Assembly (NCBI GenBank): GCA_951406725.2
Contig: OX597822.1
Coordinates: forward strand, 50,716,001 to 50,780,000
Direction: 5' to 3'
Source: Octopus vulgaris
Taxonomy: Eukaryota
Length of the DNA: 64,000 nucleotides
The stretch's first letter is position 1; every line of letters begins with the position of its first letter. Position numbers and translations under genes: made by a program. Positions 12,958-25,189 of this stretch are shown piece by piece. The notes under the pieces are model-generated. The model was not told where the DNA came from and searched no databases. It saw only the letters and a list, made by a program, of their open reading frames with translations.

Positions 12958-14666
12958 AGAAGATGGGCCTGACAGCATACGGAAAAAGTTTAGGGACAAC
13001 AGAAATTAGGAGAGGCATCATCCAAGGGGACTGCCTCCACCACTGATCTTTGTACTGTGCTTGATACCACCAACACTGATTATGAGGAAAGCAAAAGTTG
13101 GGTATGTATTCAAAAGCAGCCAACAAAAAGTCAACCGTTTGTTATTCATGAATGACCTCAAACTTTATAGCAAAGATGAAGCCCAAATTAGTTCCCTCGT
13201 TGATACGGTGTATACCTTCAGTGCTGATATCAGAATAGAATTCGGACTGAGAAAGTGTGCTATGTTAGTTTGAAGATAGGCAAAATCAAATGTATGGTCG
13301 GACCAACGATACCGTCGGAGGAGGTTATGAAGGAGATAGAAGAGACTGGTATAAGTAATTGGGGATTTGGGAAATAGATAAATTGATGAAGAAAAAAATG
13401 ACAGAAAAATTTAAGGTGGAGTACTATTGAGACTAACATTTAAATCGAAATTAAACGAACAGAATAAGATCGAAGCTCTCACCACCTGGGCGGTTTCACT
13501 CCTTAGGTATGGGGTAGGGGTAATCGCATGGACAGTAAACGAGCTAAACAGCTTAAGAAAGACAAGGAAGTTGCTAACTAGATATGAGACAATCCACCCC
13601 ATAATTGACTCAGGCAGACTGTATTTACCAAGAAAAAGAGGGGGAAGAGGACTTATTGGATGCGAACGCACCATTAGGACAGAAGAAAACATCATTGCAT
13701 GGTATGTAAAAAAAAGGCACTGAACCGCTATTATTAGAAGTAAGAAGGTCAGGCTTGTGTAGGATGAAAGACTGTAGAAATAAAGCACTATTCAAGAAAT
13801 TAAAAACTACTGAAATTGAAAATAGGTGGGTAAACAAAAGAATGCATGGTCAATTTCATAGGGATGTTGAAGATAAGACAGACAGAGAAAAAAGATGGCT
13901 GTGGATGACTAAAAGTGATTAAAAACCGGAAACGGAGTCTCTAATCTGTGCTGCCCAAGAGCAAGAGCTAAGAACACACAACATAAAATACAGAAGATAC
14001 AACACAGCAGAAAGTGATAAATGCAGAATCTGTGGACAAAACGTAACCTTATGGCATATTACCAGACAATGTACGCCACTAGCCCAGAATGAATATAACA
14101 GACGCCACGACAATATAATTAGGCTTGTCCACAAAATACTTTGCAACAAGTATGGACTTGACTGAGAAAAAAATTGGTACGTCCAAAAACCTGAATACGT
14201 CATCGAAAATAACAATGCAAAGATCCTATGGGATTTTATAATTCAGTGCGACCATGAGATAGAGAATAGAAAACCGGACATACTCTCAATTCAGAAATAA
14301 AACAAAATATACTGGATCATAAATATAGTATGTCCAGCTGATAACAAGGTATGTGATAAGGAGGAAAAAAAAGTCGAGAGATATGCCAGGTTAGCTTGGG
14401 AATTTAAGCAGTTGTGGGCGATGAAAAAGGTACCATTAGTACCAATAATTGTCGGTACCCTAGGAACAGTGAGCAAAAATCTCGGGAAGTACATGGAACA
14501 AATAGGTGCTCCCATAAGGGTGGAGGACTTGCAGAAAAAAGCACCGCTTGGAACCGTTCGAATACTCCGGAAGGTGCTCGAAAAATAATAGGTGTTACCT
14601 TAGTTTACTGGTATTGAACAGCTGACACTGTAGTACATCTCCAGCGTCAGAAGCTGTGCAAAGGCA
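12958..14666 (+). mobile_element. 5'-truncated, degraded R4/Dong-like LINE (RT + CCHC + RLE)
   Basis: QGD..PLIFVLCLIP, LLFMNDLKLY, FGLRKC, RLYLPRKRGGRGL, CAAQEQ, CRICGQ, RRHDN, ILWDF..Q.DH.IENRKPD, VPIIVGTLG, LQKKAPLGT; many stops. Confidence 0.92.
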
Positions 14667-14676
14667 ATGATGATGA

Positions 14677-15224
14677 TGCCCTGTTGCAGTACTTGGCAGT
14701 GGCTCTCATAGCTTCTGATCTTAATTGATTGGAAATGTTATCATGTACATTGTTTTGTCTTGGTATAAAAAATGGGCTACAGCAAATATTCTGCTCAATA
14801 CCACAGATTTGCGTGCTGGTTGTTTGACCATAACCAGTTGAGCATGTCCCTTAGTGCCTGATGATATTTGATCATGAGCAGAAGTAGTGGGGGAGCATCA
14901 TAGCCATTCGTTGAGAGGAATTATTTGGGATTTGAGTAATTCACCTTTGGAAACATGGGTGTTTTGCTCAACATCCTTAAACAAGACTTATTCAGGGACC
15001 TTTTGAGCGGGATGGGCTACTCGACCTGAAGAAAATTTTAACTGGGCCCCACCTGTGATGTCATGCGCTGTTTATCTTTATATGAAATCACCATGTCGTG
15101 CACATATGGTTGTGAAGCATGTGTATTGTGTATCATTATCAGACGGGTAGTCATGATGGGTATACTCGGCTTCGTATATTTTACCCCAGTGTTGCTTTGA
15201 TGGCATGCTCTGCTCTCTCACTCA
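14677..15224. mobile_element. ~550-bp non-coding element between (GAT)n and (TAA)n; probably a non-autonomous retroelement
   Basis: Block richer in GC than its flanks, no ORF, sharp boundaries at trinucleotide repeats; family not verified. Confidence 0.5.
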
Positions 15225-15235
15225 ATAATAATAAT

Positions 15236-15287
<52 letters not shown>
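15225..15287. repeat. (TAA)n microsatellite
   Basis: Direct read. Confidence 0.97.
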
Positions 15288-15621
15288 GTATTTAGACGTA
15301 GGCAGAAATCATGATGGATTTCATCCCACTAAGTAAAATGCCATCTGAAATACCGCTATGCATTTTTGTAAACGTTGTAAAAATGTTGATTTCGATGCAT
15401 CAGTCGAACACCTAGTGATCCAACTGAAAGGGTATTTGTTTTGTATTACTTCAGTTTTTATCATGAATTTGTTCTTTCGCTTGCAAAGAGATAACATTTA
15501 CATTACGTTATATGTTATTTTATGGCGTAGATCAATTTGCATTTCATCTCAGCATTCCATCTGAGACTTATTCACAAAAATGATTTGGTTGATACACGTT
15601 GTGCTAGAGAATCAATAACTC

Positions 15622-15835
15622 AGCTGATTTCAAATTTTGGCAGAAGGCCAGTAATTTCGACGGAGGGGACTAGTGGATTACATCGATTCCAGTATTCAAC
15701 GGGTACTAATTTTCTCGACCCCGAAAAGTCGAGCGCGGCGTCAAAAAGTTACGCCGGAACACAGAACGTAACATCGGAAAAATATTGCTAAGCATCTTTT
15801 CCTTGGCGGTAATATTTCTGACAGCTCACCGACTT
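15622..15835 (-). mobile_element. Degenerate SINE fragment (related to ~6290-6490)
   Basis: gatttcaaattttggcagaaggccagtaatttc...ggtactaattttctcgaccccgaaa. Confidence 0.6.
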
Positions 15836-16584
15836 CATCAATAAACAAATATTGAAATACATAAAACCTGGCTGCGTGGGACAGATTATTACTTCGTTAA
15901 TTACTATTGAATTTCCCACCTCCAAAAGAAAAGCTGGTTAGTTTTTGCTTTTGATCATAATAATACATGGGAAATGTTAGATAAATTGTTTATTCTGGAA
16001 GGGAAAAATCAAATAGTCCGAATCCAACGCAACTCAGTTGCTTGATGACGAAAACAGCAATAAATGGTTTATGCGGAGATAATCTAAATAATTCCTGTAC
16101 AAGAATAGCATATTGGCCACAAAGGGTATCAAACTACTTTCATTTGTATTGGAAATAGAGTTGTAGATATTTGGTGCATTGCTCAATATAATGCATACTA
16201 CAAAGTTGTGTTTGCAAGTGCATCCCTTAACATTAATGTGAAAGTGTGTACATCAATCAAAGTAGTAAAATATCTGTTGAGATATATCTTCAAAGGCGTT
16301 GTTCATTTTGTAATTTTACTGGAGAGAGATTTTCGCGTTCATGTTAACATTAGTAAGGAAAAAATGTATTAAAATTAAAATTATGAAAATTGATGCTGTT
16401 GCTTACTGGAGATTCATGTATTTTGTACATCACCTTAAACATTCCCCTCGTTGAATATTTGCCAATTCATTTACCAAGTCAATAAATTATGGTGTATGAC
16501 CCAAGGAGGCAGTGAAAAGAAATCAATCATCAAACCAAACATCGCAGGTTTAGAAAAAATAATGTAAAGCAGATTTCTATGCAG

Positions 16585-16647
16585 GAAAATTTTTTATGGT
16601 ATTTTCCGGAAACTTGCACTTTGCACAATGCATGTAAATCATGGCAA
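16585..16647 (+). CDS. Candidate 63-nt exon (ENFLWYFPETCTLHNACKSWQ, phase 0-0)
   Basis: tttctatgcag|gaaaat...tggcaa|gtgagt; open and symmetric. Confidence 0.4.
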
Positions 16648-17639
16648 GTGAGTATTGTGACAACATTAAGGGATCCAAGAAGCCCTACTATAATCGGGAA
16701 AGAGCATCCTAGAAGCTTTGCCTTAAACATTAGCTGGTACATAAATTAGGCGTTAATTGTTTTAATGTTTTGTTTACCTAATAACATGCCGGTGGATTAA
16801 CCTGGCATGATCAGGATGGGTACAATTCTTCAATCGATAGAACTATTTAGTCAGGATGACAGTTAAAAAATATTTGCCAATATACTACAGTTTGTTTCTC
16901 CAGTAAAACCATCAGCTGTGTACAACTTTATATTGTATTTTTGAAAAGATTGCTTGAATCAAATGAAAATCTATGAGGTAAATGAGCTGAGGATTATGCA
17001 ACAAATATTTTGTTACGCGCACTGGACAGCATACATTTTCATTTTTACAAATATATATGAAAAGGAAATTGAATAGCGTTTTGTAATTTTATACATTGAA
17101 TATATTCACCTGCTAAACGATAAGCAAAATATCGCATTTGAAAGTGGGAAATTAAAAATAAAATTATATTGGGGCGGTTAATGATTATTCAGTTATTAAC
17201 CAGGTGGAAAATGTAAATCATATTTACACAGCACATTATATTGCTTTTTTCTGAACAAATGTAGAAATCAAATAACAATATCGTCAAATATTTGCGCAAA
17301 ATTATTGAAGCTAGTCTGTATTGTGCTCACGTGATTCCCGTTGCTGATATTGCAAATTCAATCTTTATTGAAAAAGTTTCTTTTCGTGATATCTCGTGGC
17401 ATTTGTTTCATAATCTCACCTGACTGAAAGGAGTCAACTATTTCAACACAAAAACGTATTTATCATGAGTTTGGAGATGGCTTTTACCAGATATTTCGAA
17501 TGCTACCTAGAGAGCGGCATTCAAAGCTAGTGCTTGTTGAAACAAATATGTTGCATTTATAAGTCATGCTAGCATCAGGACAAATAAACGTACATGCTAA
17601 AAAGAGCAGCTATGCAAAAGCAAATATTTAGAACACAGA

Positions 17640-18265
17640 GATAACCTAAGGTATGGAAACACCGAATTTATTATTAATGATATTAATATAGATGTTGTGA
17701 ATTATAATCCAAATAACCCAAATAATATATTGGAATGCGATACGGAAATTAATGAAAATTAAAGAAGGAAATGTAAATTAATATAAACGGGACAAACGTA
17801 ACCTTATAAATAATCGGGAAGGAAAAAATATGTAAAGTAGTGTTAGAAAATTGTTTAAATGTGATTGCGCAACGAATAGATTATGTCCTCTTGAATCTAA
17901 TTTCAAACTTAAGGAAACAGTATACAAGTGTAAGATAATCTCAAAATGTCAGGAACATTATTATATCGGCGCTTGAGAAACAAATAAGAAACAGAAATGC
18001 CAATCACGAAATCTCATTCAGAGATAACAAAAAACAGGAATAATAATAGCTGAAGCAAATTAATTTAGTACATAAAAGATAATAATAACGAATATGAAAT
18101 TACCTGGGAAATAATTAGTAGAGCCAAACGATACTGAAGAGAAAGCAAACGGTAAAAATTGTGTGCCGAAGAAATTTACCAAATCCTTAAAACAAATTAC
18201 AAGACACGAGAGTGCGTCAGGATGTGTTCATCGGTCTAAAGACACACTTAATCGATTTAAGTGAT
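17640..18265 (+). mobile_element. Degraded Naiad-like Penelope GIY-YIG domain
   Basis: KCDCATNRLCPLESN...VYKCKII...YYIGA*ET...NHEISFR...ITWEIISRAK.Y...KLCAEE...CVHR, with stops and frameshifts. Confidence 0.75.
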
Positions 18266-18350
18266 TGAATGATGCGTAATACTGAAATTAGATTAGAAAT
18301 CAGATATAATTAATTGCAAGTAGAATGCGTAATTAAATATAGACTCTTAC

Positions 18351-18397
<47 letters not shown>

Positions 18398-18608
18398 AGG
18401 CACGTATGTATACACACAGACACACACACATTTATACATATATATGCTAGCAGAGGCACAAAGCGTTGGTGGGAATGACATTTTTCGCTAAATATAGGAA
18501 GAAAAAAGCAAAATATATTGTATAGAAATGTGTTATTCTAAATTCACTTTATTATTCTATTGGGATATAATTTATTCTTAAATTGGGAAATGAATATATA
18601 CTACATAA

Positions 18609-18731
<123 letters not shown>

Positions 18732-18788
18732 TCAATATTAAATGAACTAATATGTGGAAATGATGTAAGATCCAGAACAGGAAGAAAG

Positions 18789-20105
18789 ATGAAGAGAAAA
18801 TTTGGATCCTCACCAAGAGAAGAACTGATATCAATAAAAGAAACGCTGAAACAAAAAGTCCAAGCAAAAGCCCAAAGAATACGAAGATTTGAGAAGAGAA
18901 ACAAGTTTTACAAGCAAAATAAGCTGTTCACATCCAATGCCAAAAAATTCTACAGAGAAATAGGGAAGGAGAAAGTAACCGTTAAAGACCCCCCTCCCAT
19001 GGAAGAAGTTCAAAACTTTTGGGAAAGGATTTGGAGTGACAAGAAGACGTACAACATAAATGCAGACTGGATTATACAAACTGAAGGATCCTACCAAAAT
19101 TTACAACAACAAGCATGGGAAGACATCACAATAGCAGACCTAAGAAAGGCACTCACGAAGGCCCATAATTGGAAATCCCCCGGTAAAGATAGGGTGCCGA
19201 ATTTCTGGCTCGCATCGCTCCCGTGCGCACACGGTAAGCTAGTTCAGCTGCTCAATGGAATTTTGAGAGACCCAAAGAAAACACCTGAATGGTTAGCAAG
19301 TGGCATTACTTACCTACTCCCAAAGAATAACGAAACCAACCTTCCAAAAAACTATCGGCCTATAACCTGTCTATCCACCACGTATAAAATCCTAACATAT
19401 ATCCTGGCGGAGAAAACATATGCATTCATGGAGAAAAACGATATTTTCCCCATTGAACAAAAAGGGTGCCGCCGAGGCTCTTACGGATGCAAAGATCAAC
19501 TGCTAATCAATCGTATGATCCTTGAGAACTGTCACAACAAGCGCAGAAATCTCAGCACCGCATGGATTGACTATAAAAAGGCCTTCGACAGTATACCGCA
19601 TCCATGGATCTTGAGATCGCTGGACATCTTCAAAATTTCCCCTGTGATTTCAAACTTCCTGAAGCACAATATGTCGTTGTGGAATACGAATCTCCAATTA
19701 TACCACTCTAATGGAGTACTTGCCTCAGAAAATATAAACATCAACTGTGGAATTTTTCAAGGTGACTCACTTTCACCTTTAATATTCTGCATAGCCCTAA
19801 TACCCCTTACAAGTGAATTAAACAGAACAGGGTATAGGTATAAAATTACCAATAAAAAAATAAGCCATCTATTTTATATGGATGACTTAAAACTTTATGG
19901 TAAAGACAATAATGAACTTGAAGGCCTATTGCGCACCGTGAAAGCATTCAGCGATGACATCGGGATGGAGTTTGGACTTGAGAAGTGTGCCAAGGCCACT
20001 TTCCAGAAAGGGAAAGTGAAGACCACAAATTCAGTCGTGTTAGATGTTGACACAGTCATAAGAGAGCTTGAGCAAGAACAGACATACTTAGGGATAAATA
20101 TTTAG
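18789..20105 (+). pseudogene. Reverse transcriptase part of the R4/Dong ORF (frameshift at ~20088)
   Basis: WKSPGKD, NYRPITCL, EQKGC, WIDYKKAFDS, GIFQGDSLSP, YMDDLKL, FGLEKC. Confidence 0.95.
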
Positions 20106-20140
20106 GGATAAATGAAGGCTCTGGTATTCAGCATGCAAGC

Positions 20141-21436
20141 ATGAAAGAGAAAATCAGGAAGGAATGTTATAGGAGAGTTCGTGCAGTCCTGAAATCTGAA
20201 CTAAATGCACGTAACAAGGTGTTAGCTATAAATTCCTTAGCAGTTCCAGTTGTTACTTATAGCTACAATGTGTTGAACTGGAATATGAGTGAAGTAAAGA
20301 ATATAGATAGAAAAATACGCAAGCTGCTGAGTTGTAATAGGATGCACCACCCAAAGGCAGACGTAGATCGCCTTTACCTTCCCAGAGCCCAAGGAGGTCG
20401 AGGCCTGATCCAATTTGAACTAGCTTACAAAACAACCACAATTGGACTGGCCAAATATCTCGAAATATCGAATGACTGGATGCTAAAGCTCGTGGAAAAT
20501 CACGAGAGACGAAAGAAGCTTCATTCTATCATCAAGGAAAGCAAAAAATTTGCTATTGATCTCGTGCAGGATACCCAAACTGAACAACCCGAGGGAAGTA
20601 CGGCAACTATTGTTGCAAAGAAGGTGAAAATGATGGCAATGAAAAAAGCGCACGAGCAATTGGCTGATAGGTGGGAGGAGAAACCTCTGCACGGCAAATA
20701 TGTGACCCGCAGCAAACAAGCTGATATTGACCAGAAGCAAACCCATCAGTGGCTGCGGAGCTCAGGGCTAAAAGCAGACAGCGAAGGTTTCATCCTGGCT
20801 GCTCAAGACCAAAGCCTATTAACTCGGAACTACCAGGCCAATGTGATGAAAAATGGAGCAGACCCAAAATGCCGATTCTGCAACGACATGATTGAAACAG
20901 TGGACCACCTAATCTCTGGATGTAAAGTTTTAGCACCAGTGGAGTATAAATTAAGACATGACAGAGTTGGCCAATATCTCCACTGGCTAATAAGTCGGCA
21001 TTACAATATCAAAACTGCCGACAAGTGGTATAATCACCACCCTGAGGCTGTAACTGAAGGAGAAAATGTAACCATTCTGTGGGACTTTCCAGTACATACA
21101 GACCGAACCATCAAGGCCAATAAACCAGATATTGTTGTGAAAGACCAAAACAATAAAGTTTGCTTATTGATCGACATGAGCATCCCCTGTGATCATAATA
21201 TCTCAGCGAAAGAGTTTGACAAGCTCAGAAAATATAAAGACCTACTCATTGAAATTGAGAAAATGTGGCATCTCAAGGCGGTTACAATACCAGTGATCGT
21301 AGGAGCACTAGGAATGATCAAGAAGGGAACCGAAAATTATATGAGAATGATCCCTGGCTTACCATCCCTGCAAGAAGTGCAAAAGATTGTCTTAACTGGT
21401 ACATCACACGTATTGAGAAGAGCATTGTCGATGTGA
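20141..21436 (+). pseudogene. Thumb, CCHC zinc finger and restriction-like endonuclease part of the same ORF
   Basis: RLYLPRAQGGRGL, CRFC..ETVDHLISGC, RHD, KPDIVV..LLIDMSIP, KLRKYKDL, LQEVQKIVLTGT. Confidence 0.95.
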
Positions 21437-21607
21437 GAACTGTTGCTGCTCATGTATTTTAATTTAACTTCAAAAAAAAAAAAAAATGAACGAACTACTG
21501 AGTTTGGTTTAATGGCCTACCAATATACACTATGAGTTTCTTTGCCCTAGGAGTCGGGAAGACACTCGGCAAGAAATGGAAGAAAATTTGAAAGAAGAAA
21601 GAAAAAA

Positions 21608-21608
<1 letters not shown>

Positions 21609-21659
<51 letters not shown>
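21609..21659. repeat. (TAA)n tail/target
   Basis: Direct read. Confidence 0.97.
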
Positions 21660-21660
<1 letters not shown>

Positions 21661-22069
21661 CGAAAATCAAAATTTACCACTATGAAAGTAGATAAATTCT
21701 TCCACATATGTTGAAGGAAATTACGAAATAGCCAAACACCATTCTATATTTTCTGGTTTGGAGCATAAATATATACACTAGCTACCCTGGTGCATACAAC
21801 ATAAAGGTGACCTTGAAAAAGACAAACCAGTAGATCTCAAAAACTGACCTTGAGCTTTATTAATAGGCATTAAAAAGCAAAGTCGCACTGGGAATTGTGC
21901 TCGTTTGAACTCAAATGGCACGTCTGCTCGTTCGATTGAATTCTTGGATAAAGATGAATAAAAACACAGTGACTAATTACTTTTCATGTATATTCAGAAA
22001 AAGATACCATACAGCCAAAAAAGAACTCATGCAGAACAGTGTAATTATTACTTAAGTCTAGATATACTG

Positions 22070-22715
22070 TTTCAATTCAGCTAGAGAATTCACCATGATA
22101 GCAATATGAAGAAAGCTGATATCACCATTCCTATCAAATGGTACTTTCCCATTTTCTAATATGAGGATCCAGGATAAGAACTGTTTTGCACCTTGGTCTC
22201 CATGCAATAAAGCACACACGTTAGTATTGAACGAGTACTTTATTCCATAGGTGTGAAGACTTAATGCATGTTTTTATTTCATGATATCGTGTTCGTCTCG
22301 GAAGGACTGATAATGTATGTCGGAAGTCTCCTGATAAAACTAAAGTAACTCCCATACATTTATTGTTGCCTTTGATGTCCTGTAAGGCCTTAGCAGGAGC
22401 TTCCATTGAACCTGTATGTGACATAGTGCATTCATCTCAAACAAGATGGCATTAGCACAGCACTTCTGCTGAACCTGAAAGTTTGCTTATAATACAAATT
22501 TGACTGTCTTTTGTGGTCAGGTTTAGTGGTAATTTAAAAGCAGAATGAGCTGTTCGACCTCACGTGAGAATGGTGGCAGAAAATCTAGACAATGGTACAG
22601 CATCTGCAATTCTTTTGTTACCTTACATTGGAGAGAAGCAATGCTGCAAATGTCTTACCTGTACCAACAGTAGCATCAAGAAAGAAAATTCCTCTGCTTT
22701 TTTCTGACGATTGTG
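22070..22715 (-). mobile_element. Helitron PIF1-like helicase relic
   Basis: FFLDATVGTGKTF (Walker A), GRTAHSAFKLPLNL, V*DECTMSH, VLSGDFRHTL. Confidence 0.88.
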
Positions 22716-23153
22716 GAACACCGCATGTATACACGCATGCATACATAGACACAGATACAGACACCCATAAACATATACAAACGGTATCAAACATCATATG
22801 AAATGGATGTGTGTGTGTGAGAGAGAGAAAGAGTGAGAGGTTGTCATGTATACGTACATACATAAATAGGCATACACCTTTCTGCTACATATGTGTACGT
22901 GTGTATGTGAGAGAGAAAGAGAGAAAGTCACTTATAGATCACAGTCTCTCTCTCTCTCTCTGTCACACACATACACATAAATGTATACAAACGTACATAC
23001 AAAACACATGTGCGCGTGTGTGATTGATTACAAATACATAGAGCTGAATAAGGCGTGCAAAATGAAAATAATGTTGTTTTACAGAAATTAACGAACCATG
23101 CGAGTTCAGAACGAAATCAAACCTGGAGTTTTTGTGTGTATGGGAGTATGTGT

Positions 23154-23199
<46 letters not shown>

Positions 23200-25189
23200 G
23201 AGACAAAGAGAAAGAGAGAGAGCATTGCAACCAATGGATGAGATAAACATAGAATGAAAAAATAGTTGAAAACTATCTTCTTCCGCATATTTAAATTTGT
23301 GAACTTCGTAAATATTTGTCTCAGTAATTTATCGTAGTTGTTTACAAATAGCGAACATTAAAATAGAGAGTGAGTGACCTGGTCGTTTTTACGTCAATAC
23401 CAAAAGTTGACATTGAGAAAACATTTCAAAGAAATAGTTTTATTTTTAATAAAAAAAGAATCAAATGTAGACGCTATTACGTGTCCAAGGTTAAATTATT
23501 CGTGCTTCACAAATATGAAAATTAATACGATTGTGCTCAGAATTCACGTTTTCAAAATTTTAATTATCCCTTTCCCCACCGAAATTTCTTAATTTGTAAC
23601 ATTTTTCAAACTTCAGAAAAATTCAGAGATTACGAATCTGGGAAATATATATTTTTTAAAAGCTTAATTCTTTTTAAAGAAACACTCAATACCCTTTCCC
23701 CTAACTTGCCCTCCTATCAATTTCCCGCTTTCAAAATAGGCTTCAAATGTTTCACTATCGTTTGATGTTTCACGCATGCGTAGAATTCTGTAGAAAATAC
23801 CACGCATGCGTAGAATTGTGTAAAAGAATACCAGACAGCCACCACCAAAAAAAACTGACATGTTAAAAACAACAGGTACACGACATTATTTCTGATGAAA
23901 CTTACCCGCTTTCCAAAAAGCTAAAAGTGAAACGTTAGTCGATTGTATCTTTCTAAAAGTGGTGAGGTGGATGTATTTTAGTGTTTATTTATGAAAAAAT
24001 GAAGAATAAATTCTGAAAGATTTGTTCTCTCTGCTTTTCTTCTCCGTGCATTACCAGGAAAATTCTTTGGAATAAAGTAAATAATGAAGAAATTAGGGTG
24101 GGGACGGAAAAAAAAAATTTCAGAACGTGTTTTTTCACCGAAATCTTAATCTCCTTTATGGAAAACGGATCGGAGAGAAATTTAGAAAAAAAAAGAGGTA
24201 GGGTGAAAATATCACCTTGGACATGCTAGAAACAAACGATAAAGGATAGAAAAACTGACTAAATGGGTGTTGTTTCATCCAGCGCGCAAGTGGTTGATTT
24301 CAGTGGCTTCTGTGCGTGACAGTGACTTGAACTGGTTGATCACCGTCTTAGTATCAACTGTTCTTCAACACGAAAGAGCATTTGAATCGTATCGCAGTGA
24401 TGGTGACGTTTTTTCTCTTGTTGGTGACTTGCTTGACTAAGAGGATGCAAGTTTCCTCAGCAATGGAAGAAGTGTACAGGGCGCAAGAGGGAATATGTTG
24501 AAAAATAAAGCTCATTCAGTCATTTTGCATGAGCATATCTTTGTCAGCCTATGAACCTTTCAGCCGATTCTCGTATTTGTCTACCTGCATTTGTTTTTGC
24601 TAAATTTCTAATTAGAAAGGTTTTGGCCTTCATGAGTGCCGTATTCACATGGCTAACGCATAACATTTGTTCTTGTTATATTGTTTTGCTTATTGTAGTG
24701 CCTAAAAATGAAAGAAAAGTAAACTTGTCCAATTGAAAATAATCTAACTGTTTGTATAAGGATGGAGACAGAGCAAAGCTAATTATTTGTATGTATCTGA
24801 GTGCTTATAAAGAGATTGATTCTAATATTATTGGGTTTTTTTTGATAACTGGAATTTCAAACGACAGTTTTATTTTATAACATGGCAATATGGATTATAT
24901 TGATTCACGAAGCCTTTTTGAAATTAATAGTGATTATCTAGCTCTTTTTTTACTTCTATTCCTAAAATTTAAGCTGTCATCTAAATATCTTGTACGTTTC
25001 TTCCTGTTATAGATGGAAAAAACCCCAGATAATCTTGGTTTAATATTTCCATATCAGGCTAAATGTCATCATCAAAGAAGCCCATAGCAAATGCTACGTA
25101 TGCAGATGATACTAATGAATACTTAGTTCTCCCTTTTACTTGTAAATAAATATGGTTGTAGAAGAAGAATTGGTTGATTTCAAGTATAA

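Noticed and set aside
20088-20107. Telomeric TTAGGG insertion
   Set aside because: TTAGGG is the native Leu-Gly coding sequence duplicated locally, not a telomere array
20088-20141. Programmed frameshift or two-ORF organisation
   Set aside because: R4/Dong elements have a single ORF, and the 8-bp duplication fully explains the shift
23330-24290. Possible non-autonomous Helitron-related element, including a cacgcatgcgtagaatt duplication
   Set aside because: Looks repetitive, but no termini or coding motifs could be confirmed from the sequence alone
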